Positions 48,480-61,300 of a stretch of DNA of 64,000 bases are shown here, in pieces. A program made the translations under genes and the position numbers. The DNA is from Podarcis gaigeae (taxonomy: Eukaryota). The stretch lies in NCBI GenBank assembly GCA_964106915.2, contig OZ066914.1, one strand, 5' to 3'. The notes below the pieces were generated by a model. The model saw only the letters and a program-made list of their open reading frames with translations, did no database searches and was not told the origin of the DNA. The first letter of the stretch is position 1. Each line of letters opens with the position of its first letter.

Positions 48480-49620
48480 AAGATGCAGAAAGACCGAGAG
48501 TCTCCCTCGCCGCGCGGAGGACTTTGTGCAGGCGCTCCTAGGCGGCAGCGCCTTCCGTGGTTCTTCTAAGCGTCCCCGCGGCCTCGCAAAGGAAAAAAAT
48601 CCAGGTCGGCTATCGCGCCGCCTTCCCCCTCCTCTGCGAAACTTTCGTTAGGTGGCATCCATCAGCCACGCCAGCCCTTCTCCGCGCGCTGAGTCATGAG
48701 AGCAACAGATCCCCGCCACCCCCGCCGACTGAGCGCACTTTGGTACGCTCCGCCTCCGCCTCTCCCTCCCTCTCGCCGCGTTGGTGCGTTCCATCCCGCC
48801 CCGACAACCCAACCCAATGGTACATCTCGCCCTCCCCCTGCGGCTGCGAGCAGTGGTTGGCTCCGGCAGCGGCGGCGGCAGCAGCAGCAGAGTCCCGTCC
48901 GGTCCCGCCCCGCCTCCCTCCGCCTTGTCATTGATGTTGTTGTTTCTGTCGCAGGAGCCGGAGGGGAGGCCGAGGCCGGGCTCGGGGCTGCGGCCGCCGG
49001 CGGCTGGGCCGGCCATGTCGTCGGTGTGTGGGGGGCCGGTGGGCGCCGGCTCCCTGCCCAGCGAGCTGGTGGTCCACATCTTCTCGTTCCTGGCCGCCCC
49101 GGACCGGCTCCGGGCCTCGGCCGCCTGCTCGCACTGGCGAGAGTGCCTCTTCTACCCGGCCCTGTGGCCCCGGCTGCGCCTCAGCCTGCGCGTCTGCCCG
49201 GCCGAGCGCCCGCGCCTCGACTTCCTCATGCGCAAGTGCGGCTGGTTCGTGCGCGAGCTCCGCGTCCAGTTCGCCGCCGACAACTACCCCAGCGGAGGAG
49301 CCGGAGGCGGCGGCGGAGCAGGAGCCGGAGGAGGAGGAGGCGCCAGCGGGGTGTGCGAGGAAGCGGCGGCCGCGGCGGAGGGAGAAGCACAGCTCTGCCC
49401 TCGCTGGCTGGAGCTGCTGAGGACCTACCTGGAGCTCGTACTCTGCGTGCTTAGCAGCGTCCGCAACAACAGGTAGGACGGCGTGGTGGGAGGCCAGCCA
49501 GCGTTAACTAACATTCACACACACACGTACTAACACCCATGCAAACACACGCCGAGCGGGAGGGAGAGTTGCAAAGCCTCCTTAGCTACTTAGCTGGGAA
49601 GCAGGAGCTCTCTCTTTCAA
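48480..49620 (+). promoter_or_regulatory. FBXO33: CpG island over FBXO33 promoter and exon 1
   Basis: Very GC/CpG-rich; multiple CCGCCC (Sp1) boxes; TGAGTCA (AP-1) at 48690-48696. Confidence 0.85.
48934..49472 (+). CDS. FBXO33: FBXO33 exon 1 (F-box, Gly/Ala-rich loop)
   Basis: In ORF 48781..49476; donor CAG|gtagga; start codon choice uncertain (48817, 48934 or 49015). Confidence 0.88.
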
Positions 49621-52600
49621 AGGTTCATGGGCTTTCTAACATCTGCCTGAAGTTCAGCCGATTGAGTTATTACTGGGTGGGGGAAGCTGCACCTGTTGAA
49701 TTCCCGATTGTCACGCATCCACTTAAAGATGCCTTACTCCTGCTGTGCGCGCCGGGAGGGGGGGGGAGGAGGGGGGATGTGTGAGCGGCGAGGAAGGAGC
49801 CATTCTGGAGCAACTCGAAGGGAACATCACATGAAGGAACACACGTCTGCACGTCGCCACCCAAAAGTGCTGCGGTTGGGGGGGGGGGGCTCCTTGTGGA
49901 GAGGAGTGCTTCTGGATAGGTAGCATCACTACATCAAGTACATCAAGTACCTTCCCTGGGATGCCACCAAAAACAGGGAGCTGTTGAGACAGTTATTTGC
50001 CCTGTGCCCCCTGTTTTGATGGGCTCATAATACTTTTTGTCATAAGCTGCTAGGAAAACCTGACAATTGCTTTTGGTTTCTTGACTGATAGAAACCCTAA
50101 CCCTTTGTCAGCTAACATGTCACTTCTTTAGTGCCTAAATCCTTCAAAATGGGAGACAGTGGCTTTGTGGTGTCCGTTCTAGAACACCTACTGTTAGTGT
50201 ACTATTCTGAAGCCAGCAGCAGGGCACATTAATAATTTGCTCTGCTATAGGCTGTTACATAATTGGGAAACCAGTTAAAGAACATTTTCTTCTTTTTTAA
50301 AGGGAGCAATACAGCAATACCAGCTGATCCAAAGTGAGATTTTTTCCTTTCCAGTGACTCTAGTGTTTGTTGCCATACAACAAAGGTGTCACAGTTACAT
50401 ATTTTGCATTTTTAATTGGGTTTTATAAACAAGAATGTTTTACAAATAAGTATACCAAGTTTTTCATGTCATTTGTATATCACAAAAATAGCATAAACAT
50501 ATTTTGCATTTGTAAGCCTTTAGCTCTGCATTCTCCCTCAAGATTTCCAAAATTCCCATTCTGTCAAGGTCATATAATGAAGAAATCTTTTGATCAGTAA
50601 TATTCCAGAGCTGTTTGTTTCCTTTTGTTTCCTTCTGTGTTACTCTTGTTTCTCTCTGCTCCACTACAGAATGAAATGTCCTTTTCAAGAAAAGATTGTG
50701 CAGTTGTCCGTGGTGTGCTCATCACTCTTTCCTACAGCCAGTTCTGCACAATAGAATAGACTATAGTTTGCACATCTTAAGTGATTTGCAGTAAGAAAAT
50801 CCTGTTCAGATCACACATCTCAGAAAATTAAACTGCTGCAACTGGTACAGCAACCATATGTCAATGAAAAGATGTGATAAGATCTGAAGCAGCCAAGATC
50901 AGATTTGTGGCAATTTTTTCAGAGATTTCCAAATTCCGTCTCACTCTGTTGGGTGCTACAGTGACCAGCTTTTGTCATGTGGATACTGAAACACTCAAGT
51001 ACTGTATGTGTGCTGTGAGCCAGGAAATTGCAGTTCACTTTCATGGCAGCCAGGAAATTGCAGTTCATATTTCACCTCATCTGTGAGCTCACTAGGTGAC
51101 CCGCTGTGGGGCCTTTCTGTCACTTTTTATTTTTGCATATTTATTACATTTATTTAAATCCTACCTTGCTCCCAAGGAGCTCAGTGTAACACACATGGTT
51201 CTTCCTCTCCCTATTTTATCCTCACAGCACCCATGTGATGTAGGTTAGACTTGGAGACAATGATTGACACTCTTACACTCACCTGTGGAAAAGGCAGCTG
51301 CTTGCTTCAGAGAAGGAGGTAATCTGCATGAAAAGTAACAAGCCAAGAACCAGAAAGAGAGAGCAGCAAAGTCCTTTCTTTGAGCTGATACCCTGTCCGT
51401 CATCTAGAAGAGAGGCTTACAATACAGCACACACTGCAGGATATATGGTTATATAAAAAACAAAACAAAATAAAATCATGCACCTATTCTAAAAGCAGCA
51501 ACACTAAGGCCCAACTCTAACCAGCATCACTATCAGCAGGCCTGGACAAATTAATAGGAAACCATTAGACTGATGAAGTGCTAGGTCTGCAACAAGGGTG
51601 TGGCAGGCTCGAGGAGCCCCTCTCAAGCTAGCAGCCTATTAAAGCTGTAGGGAATTTGGGCCTCAGCAGTTTCTTATAAGACTTACCCTCCCTTTCACTC
51701 TGTTAGCTAATCATGGTACATAGATGACTTCATGGGCTTTCTTATTCAATCCTGCAGAATCTGAAGAGTGTAAAGATGATGGCATTGCAAGGACTATTTG
51801 TATCTTGTGGCTGATCCTGCATACTAGCTGCTGGTTTTCCTTTGAACATCCCTGTTGCTTACCAGTTGAGGCCATGCTTGCATAAAACATTTCTCCAATT
51901 CTGTTTATATAGCCTTATTTCTTTACCAGCTAGGCAAAATAATAATTCTGTAGACGTTGACCCCAGTAATTCTAACTGCAGCTGGTTGAGATTGCAGAGG
52001 CAATCCTGTTTCCTTAAAGTGTTTATGTAAACAACTCCATTGAAAGGACCAGCAAACATGCAAAGCTTCTATGTCAGCCTTGTATCTTAACAACTTGCCT
52101 TGTGATCATAGGCAACAAGGAATTCCATGCGACTAATTAGTTGTCTGGCTAAGGAAGGATGGATTGCTCTGTCCAGGCACCACCAACCTGCCTCATTTCT
52201 GTTCTCACCACTGGGGAAGAGACTTTTATTCCTCTGAGCAGCATGACAAAACAGCCTACTAGCTTTTTAGCAGGCTAGTGGTTTTACTTTACAGGCTATT
52301 AACTCCAGTAGACTTAGTTACAAGGCTGTCTTAGTATGTCAATGATCAGGTAGCTTAAAGAGTAGACTATGTGTTGCATATAAATGCTCTAGAAGCATAT
52401 TTACCACCACAAATTTATTCCTGGAACCCCACAGAGGGGGAAAGCAGCTCAAGTGGTGAGTTAGAAAGAAAAAAAATAGTTAATAATGAAAGAGTAAACC
52501 CACCTTGTTGCATCTCTGCACAAGACTTTCTCCATCTGAAGTTGCTTTTCCTTACACAAAAAGAGCATCAGGGTTCATTATGTGCATTTTCATATTACTT

Positions 52601-55600
52601 CGTTCCTATGGTAATAAGCCAGAGCATGATCCTTTAGAAAGGATTGCTAGACGAGGGTGTGAGCAAAAAGTAGTGTCTGAACTGTATGTTTTGGTCCTGT
52701 GCTGTTGAACGCACACGACTCAAATATTGCCAGAATTCTGACATGCACGCTTATTTGAGAAGTAGAAGGAAATGTGTTTGATTTGGCAGAACCATTCCGA
52801 GAGTTCATTAACTAAATCCAGCAAATACGTTTGACTCTTTCCTTCTCCTAGTGAAGCAGAACTCTCCTTACACCCGCGGTTAACTTTCAGAATTTATTGA
52901 GGAAAATACTTAATTGTTGCAGCAGCTTTGTTCTGCAACAACACCTTCTGAATAAACCTTTAAAGCTGCAAGTCTAACCACATGTTCCCCTGAATAAGCC
53001 CTGTGGAAAAACCGTAGAATTCACTTTGGAATTAATACGGAGGATCGTGCTGTAAGAAAGGTGTCGCACCCAAGAAGTTGTCTTTATTTCGCTTATGCTC
53101 TACTCCTCAAAGAGCAAATTGCATGTGGTTCCTGGGCAGCCTCCCAGTTTACAGGGCCAGGCTTGCTTAGTTTCAGCTGCATCATGAGTTTTAAGACTAT
53201 TCTCTGTTTAGTGTTGAGTAATGATCATGTTGAGTAATGATCATGTACTGTTGTCTCAGGTAATGGATGGGGATGTGCTGCCTTGATTTCATCCCTGGAT
53301 GAATGGAAAATCTCAGGATCTTTCCCACTCTACAGTGCTGATAGAGCTTGCATGTGTTTGGTGCCTATCCACATTCCATCTGTGCTGCATATGAGTTGGG
53401 CACTGTGTACACAATTCACATTCCATAATGCATAGCCTTCATTAATGGATGTGGGCATTCAGCAAGAATATCTGAACATCCAGTTCCTTGTTGCATGCAC
53501 AATCCTCATCCAGCAAAGAAATCTGCTCTGGAAAGCCTGCATCTATGTGTGGATCTCCTTAGTAGATTGCAATTTTAAATAGTCTTACTGAAGTAAATTC
53601 TGTTATAAGAGTGGGGTCAGTTCACATATAACAAACAAACCATTGTTTGGTGTTGGAGATGGAGCCTCAAGCTCATACGTTGTTATTATTTATTGAATTT
53701 GTTAGTCACTTTATCTTGCCCAAGGCAACTCAGACCGATTTATAGCCCAACTCTCCCAATAGATACATAAAAAGCAAGCGGATGATTAAAATTTTAAATA
53801 TTCCACCCACTTCTAAAAGGCCACAGATAATTAGAGACCCCATGGAATCTTCTTTTTTAGTTACTTCCCGTTTGGAGTGTGCACCAACCATAATATTTGG
53901 TTTAAATCCCAAAGCTTGACACTTTATAAAACAACTCAGTTTGGCTCAGGAGAGTGAATCAGTTCCATTTGCCCCGCACCCTTCCAAGATTGGGAATTCA
54001 AATGGCTCTAATTTGTCCCCCTTTTGATAAAAGTACAGTAGGTGAAATTTGCAGTCATAGCAACTCATCCATAGTAGACTAGCACATCCAGGGGCTTTTG
54101 TACTCATAGGCGCCGACTCCATGGGGCCTGAGGGGGCCCGAGCCCCCTCAAAAATTCGTTTGGGGGGGGCTCTGCCCCCCAATAATTTAAGAAAATTATT
54201 AGTTATATCATGCTTTGTAAAATCACAAAATTATGTTGGTATTTTTTATTTTCCTTGTTTGACGATAGTTACCTTTTAAAATACATTCAGTAATGAGTTA
54301 AAACAAAGCCACTCCCGATCTAGAGAGGGGGTGGGGTTGCGGGCTCTCGACCCATCAACAATCTCGCAGGGCTGGCTGGCTTCAGCCCCTCCAGAAGCGG
54401 GGATTCTCCCTAGCTCATTAATATTCACCGCCCACGGCGGCAGCCAATCGGCTGCCGCAAAGGGCGGGCCCTCACAGGTTCACTTAAGGTTGGGGCAGCC
54501 CGGGGCTCGCCCCTTTCGTTCCCCCAGCAGCAGCGGTTTGGAGGTCTTGGGCCCCCCCCCGATATTTTTTATAAGTCGGTATGGGCCCCCCCCCCAATAT
54601 TTTTTATAAGTCGGCGCCCCTGTTTGTACTGGACACCTTCTCCCAGACATCCCACTTGGCTTCACCATTTTTCTGAAACTGATGCACACCCCTATTTCCT
54701 GTGAAACCTTTGCCACAAACTATGAAATAACTAAGTGATTGTGTGTGTGATTTGGAGAGTGGGCAATCAGACCTTGCTCTTGTATGTCTTAACTTCTTCC
54801 ATGTAAACATGCTTAAGACTGGGTGGGGGGTAGGAAATCAAAGGATGAAATAGCCTTATCTTTGAGGCCCTGAAATAATAATATCCTTTGAGGCCTTCTC
54901 TTCCTTCTGCTTGGTTGCAGGTGCAGTGGTATTAAACTGATTTTTTTTTTAATTTGTTCTCCATAATTAGTTTCTTCATAGCACCTTGAAAAGGTGCTGT
55001 TTTGAATTGTTTCAAATATTTTCAAGGTCTGAAATACAGATACTAAACTCGTTCTTCCTGTTGCTTTACTTTCTCTTCCTCCATCTGCAATGCCTGCTGG
55101 TTGGTTATCTTTTGTCACATTTGGTTTCTGGGGAAATACGCCTGCTCTTGACCTGTACGAGATAAATTATGTAGTAATGTTAACTTGTTAGAGCATCTGT
55201 GTAATAAAAATGAATAGGCTTGAAAAGGAGGTGAATAAGCTAGGAAAGAAAGCGGCATATTAGCATGTTCAGCATTATGCAGCAAATAGGCTTCTGAAAG
55301 ATAAGGCGTTTATTTCTGTCATTGAACTCTTGAAAGAAAAAGGGCACACCGGAGGCACATTTACTGATCAGCATAGCAAGATTGCTTGTTCTGGAGAGAT
55401 TTTCAGTATTTTACAGAATAGTGGGGAATTTCCATGTCATTGCTGTATGAGATCAGAGAGTTGGTGGCTTTGTTTTTCACACAGCATGATTTAAAATGGC
55501 ATATTTTATTGCACCAGCTAGTTATTCAAAATGGTTTGCAAGCAAAATATTCTTCATCAAGCAGTTGGAGAGAAAAAAATAGAAATGAAGGAGATATGCT

Positions 55601-58303
55601 TAGGTTGATGATCCAGTGGCCGAGGCTGATGTTGCTTCTGACCGTCTCATTTATTCTTCAGTTACATAACAGGCAGTGATAAAATTTACAATCTCTTCAA
55701 AACCTACAGCATGTCTTTGTCAAACACAAATGGCCTGAAGTGCAGAGCCTAAAAAGTCAACTTTAAGTGACTATTGTAACTAATCAAGAACATAACAGCC
55801 TGGAAACTAAGGAAATATAGTCCCATTCTTCGAAACGTTTGTGTTCTGATTAGAATTTTGGAGTGGCATGGGGAGGAAGCTAAATTCTTCTGTTCAAGCG
55901 AAGAACCTATATTCTCCGTAGGAGAGAACATTGTAGTGGTTCTCAGGTTTGGGAATACAAACTCATGATTTACATTTACTAATGGTTCTGACTTCTGATA
56001 ATGTTTTTATAACTATCTTGTTCAAAGCCCTTCAGAGAACATCCCTGTTTGCAGTTCACACCATGATAACTTTCTTGGCTGCAATGCCACCCACATAATG
56101 CAGTGGCATCATGACATACAGCGTGAGCAAGGCTCACTGCTAAAAATGGACAGAGCTACATCAAAAAGCACAGTATACTTAGCTGGAAATTCATATGATA
56201 CAGTGCAATTCTCCATGGCATAGTGTGGGCAGATAAAGTGGAGCTGTCCTGTTTGCCACGTCTGAGTAACTCTATTCCCCCTACCATAAATGACTTAATG
56301 CATTTGAGAGGTAGGTGCTTTGTTTTTTTTAATGAAAGCTTAAATTCAGGAAAAAAAAGAGCAAAATGCACCCTGTCATTGATGTTTGCTTGACAGCTTG
56401 AATAACGAGGCCAATCTTTTAATTTCGCCTTTATTAAACTGCAACAAGATCCCCAGGGATTCTCAGAAATTGCAGTTATAAAATATGCTTTTGACGTGAG
56501 TGTACAGCCTCCAGAGTACAGGCCTATTTTGAAACTGGTCAATACTTAGGAGCCTGGACATCGCCCTCTCTGAGCAGCCACTGTGTCAGGACTGTGATGT
56601 GAAAATGCAGCACCCGGCTGGAGGAAGCAGCCTGTCTTAGTTTCCTCCTTGTCTTCTACGTGTTCAGTGGAAGGCAGTTCATAATTGAGGAGGTGGAAAA
56701 TGCAGCAATTATGGCAGATAGAGTGGTGAACGATACGCCCCAATGTTCCTATCTAAGGCATTACCTAAGCCATTAAATAATTTGTAGTAGATCCCTAAAC
56801 TTTTAAAAAACTTTCTTCCCAAGAAAACACTGGTTAAAAAAGAGTAATCATTCCACTGTTATAATTTTTTAAGTATGTGGGAAATTATTGAGAAACCTCT
56901 TCACTGTCTGATATAATACTAGTGAAATTTGACAGATTTCCACCTACGAACATGAGGGAACTGTGATGTGGTTGCTAATATTTTTAGGCAACATTTTACC
57001 CATGTATGTATTCCTCTAATTGGTAGATATTTTAGATGTCAGTAAAATGTTAGTTTCGCTAATAAAGGTTTGGGGCATCTTTCCAATCCCGCCTTTGTGG
57101 AAAGTCTTGCCACAGCAGTATCTGTTGTGGCAAGACTTGTTTACTTTTTATATTCTTCTATGTACTTGATGTACTTGCTTTCTGATAGCTAGTAGGTGTT
57201 AGTTTTCTCTCTGCTTCATAGCTTGGTATTGTATTCCGAAACTGTATTTCACAGAAACCGCAGTGCACATGAATGTGTAGCTGAAATGGTTGCATTGACT
57301 ACTTTTAGTCTCTGCCAATGCACTAACACTACACAGGCAAGTTGTTGCTCTTTACCACAAAAGTAAAATAAATCACAATGCAGAATGTCAGAGTTTGAAC
57401 ATACTAGATCACTCTATAACATTAGATGTGTTTCTGTTGTGGACTAGGTGGCAATGATATAAATCTAGCAAATTATATTCTGTTTGACTAAGAAGTATAG
57501 CATGGACTATACTTTAAAAGTTAAACGTGTGGATAGATAAATGGTGGCCTAGTGAATAAATTTAGTTTCTAAAGGGTTTCTGCCTGGCTCCTTGCAGAGC
57601 CCCTGATCACCAGGATGTCTCAGACAGGACCATGTGCTCTTATGGTGTAGTCAGCCATTTTCTTCCTGGGTGAGGCACTTGTCTTCTACACTACAAACAG
57701 AATAAACTTGGGCAGACCTCTTTATCTCATTGTGCACCTAAACTCCTGTGTACAAGCCAAAGCACAAAGAAATAGCAGTGAGCAGTGAAGGTGCATAGAA
57801 GGTGCATAGAGTGCCAAAGTTTCTGACGCAGATTGTGATGGAGAAGAGGATGCTGAAGAGCGCATTCGCTTTAATTTTGCTCATGGAGGTCCAAGCAGAG
57901 CCCACACTGCAGGCCTTTCGGCCATTGCTCAACTGAAAATATGGCTTCTGAAAATTAGTTGCTGAACAGAGAATTAATGGCTTTGCTTGAGTGCAGCATA
58001 TAAAATAAGGCTGGGAAGAATTAATAGTTTCTGAAGGATCTGGGACATAATATGGAACACAAGGTTCTCCAAGCAATTCCATAAATTGCTCTAAAGCTCA
58101 AATGCAATCTTAATGCAGGTTGGAAACAATTGTGCATAAACCCTAGAGCTAATGTCATACATTAGAAAAATGCTGTGTTTTACACAGTGGTTTAATGGGT
58201 ATTACTAAATTGCTCATGTATTTTTAGGACATTACAGTTCATGATAACACATGACTGAAGGAGATCCAGAGTTCATCAAGTTAGCCTGGTGCCAGGAGCT
58301 GTC

Positions 58304-58335
<32 letters not shown>

Positions 58336-61300
58336 GGGATCAACTGGGCTCTGGCTGCTGATGGGCTGGTGGAAGCCTTGTGCATGAAATGAATGGAAAT
58401 GTAATAGCATGTCTGCAGAGTGTGGCTCGGATCCCTCTGTGCATAGTTTCCTGGGAGTAAGCCCCCCTAAAAGTGAGACTTGCTTCCAAGTAAATGTATA
58501 TAGGATTGAAGTGTGTGCTGTGATACCTAATCTCTCTGTCTCCCTCTTTCTCACATACACGGGCAGATGTGTTCACATACACTTCAAGTCATGATGTGCA
58601 AGCAGTGCCCACTGTGCTAAAGGTGTGTGTAGAATAGATAGTGCCAGATTGTTAAAGTAAGCAACTGACCCCAGATATTTTGATTAGTTATTCACGTGAA
58701 TTGGTATGTGAGGGCTTACTATCTTTGTCCCTGCAGCAACCACCACTCCTCCTTATAGCATCCAACACAACACATGGCATCCTATTGCGTTGCTCATCTC
58801 CCGGTCTTTGCCTCACAGCATTGGCAGATGGGTTAGCATAGTGATTTTTTGTGTGATGCATTTTATGCGTTGGATGATGCTACAAGAGAGAGTGAGAGCA
58901 GTGGCAGCTGTAGCCCTCTTATAAGGTTTAGCCTGGCTTTCAGCTATGCAGCATGTACAGCTTATGCAACTACACTCAACTTTCAAATGACAATGCTGTT
59001 CTTTTAGAATTTACGGTACCTGAGGCAAGAAGTCTTTGGCTGCAGAGCTAAAAATAGCAATACTGCTTGATGTTCTTGGGTGCTCACTGCTGCTTCTAAT
59101 TAAAATGTTCACATTATTGTGGAGCATATAGATCAGGTATGAAAGCTGACCCTTTAGAAAATCCTTTGGAAAGCAATCTCTGTGTTTTGCATATTGGCAA
59201 TAAATGATGCGCTCAAAATATTGACGTATTTGAGGCATGAACTTTGCTGTATGTGACTAGTCTTCGGATCTCTGAGCAATACATTATGACAACTCTGAGT
59301 AGCTACCAATTGAGTGGCACCCTGCCAAACTTAGGTTTGAACTGACATAAACATAGTTAATTTTCTACAGAGAGTACTTATGCTTCAGATTGAATTTATG
59401 ATCAAAAGTCAATATTTAAATTCAGGGATGTAGCTAACCACTCATCTAGTAGTCACTTAATGGGAATATGAGTTGCTACAACCAGACAAGCAAGCTTTTG
59501 TTAATTGGAAGAAACCTGGCTCTCCTTTACTGTTTTTTAGACCACTATTGAGTGGGTAGCAGGCACTACTTGCAGTAGATGGTTTTTAATAGACCAGCCT
59601 TCACCAACCTGATGTCCTCCAAACGTCGTAGTGCAAAACATCTGGAGGGTGCCAAGTTGGTGAATGCTTCTTCAGACTTGTTTATACAACAGTTTTCTTT
59701 TTAATACTGTACATCTATGGGAGCAAAAGTGAGCAAATTGTTTTACTTGGCTGCCTACAGAACACCAAAGTAGAAGAGGCTGGAGCAGAATTGAGAATTT
59801 AGAATAATATGGGGGGCAAAAGTGTACACCCTGAAATATTTAAACATGATTTTCAGTGAAGCATTAGTATAGGTAATAAATGAAAAGCTATGTATGGAAC
59901 TACAGTATAAACTCGTCTCCAGATAAGTTGCGTATGTACCTTTAAGTATGATGGCCTTGGAAACAGCTGTTATTAGTCAGCTTCACTGAAAATAATCTAG
60001 GGAATGGCTGCTGTTTGCTGCCTTTTACTTTGTCCTCTGTGAAGATCTGGCAAGTTATCTAATCTGTACCTGGGAGAATCCAAGAGCTTCTAAGTAAATA
60101 TTAGGCAGGGCATCGTGTTTATGCCTGAGCCACGCAATATAGAATTTACCAAAAATGTCGCAACTGCTAAAAACATAACCACATAACCTGGAGAGTGATG
60201 CAGTCTGTGAAGGTGGGCTAGAAGGAAATCTGGTTAGATGGCTTTTCCATTCCATCCTTTATATTCAAGCATTTTATTCTTGGGTGGAAAAAAGCCAAGA
60301 AAATAAGCAGGTTTGTGCAAAGAAAGCTCATCTGCATCATAGGTTCTATACAGTCTCTGTCACTAGCATGGCAAGTCCCAAATAGCTGCACCCGGTGACC
60401 CTAGGTACAGGAGATTTCATTCTGGTATATATTTTGCAAGCCCCTCTACAATGTTATGTCCACTTGTATTAATACCAGACATATAACCATTTCCTTACCA
60501 CTGTCTATATTCATGAGGATTATTTCTAGTATACTGTGATTCAGAAAAAAGATTCACTATATTGTGACGGAATTATGTTGGGTTCTTTTCTAGTTTTGAA
60601 CAATTTTTAATGGATTGTAAAGCTATTTAGCTTGGTCATTCAAATGTACCTTGGTTAGAAGGGGCAACTAGGTTCTAGATTCCATGTGCTAGAAGGCTAT
60701 AGTGTTACCGTGTGGATTGCGGCTCATATAACACAAAAGCTTGAGCTATTTTCAAATGCTCCTCTAATGCAAAGCCTCTGACTTGACGCTTTCCCCTTCC
60801 AAATAGGAATCTCCAGAAATTAAGTCTCTTTGGTGATATAAGCATTCTGCAACAACATGGAAGTATATCAAATACGCACCTCAGCAAAGTGGATCCAGAT
60901 GGAAAAAAGATTAAGCAGTAAGTTGTCCAAAATGTATTGTTACAGTATTGCAGTTTAAAGAAATGGGATGTGTGTGTTGTAAATGTGCTGTTTTAGAATA
61001 TAATCCATTGTCTTCTCTGATGATTTAGTACTGAAAATAATGGTTCATGGTTTCACCGTGTCTATCGTTCTTTGTTGTTGCAATTTCCTTTGCAAATTGG
61101 ACATCTTTTCGCAGAACATGATTACTCTAAAAACAAGCCATTTGCAATAGTTGGGAGATTTTCTCCTACAAAATTCACATTCTAGGATAAATCATTTTAA
61201 GCAAAGCAGGAAAGGGTGCCAGGGACTGCTATAGTAGTATCTTCATCCAGCAATTCTCAGTATAAACTTTATGCTATCCATGTCACATTCCTAAAGGCAG

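Noticed and set aside
55300-58150. Repeat-poor stretches of FBXO33 intron 1 with homeobox-like motifs (possible enhancers)
   Set aside because: Cannot be supported without a multi-species alignment; such short motifs occur by chance.
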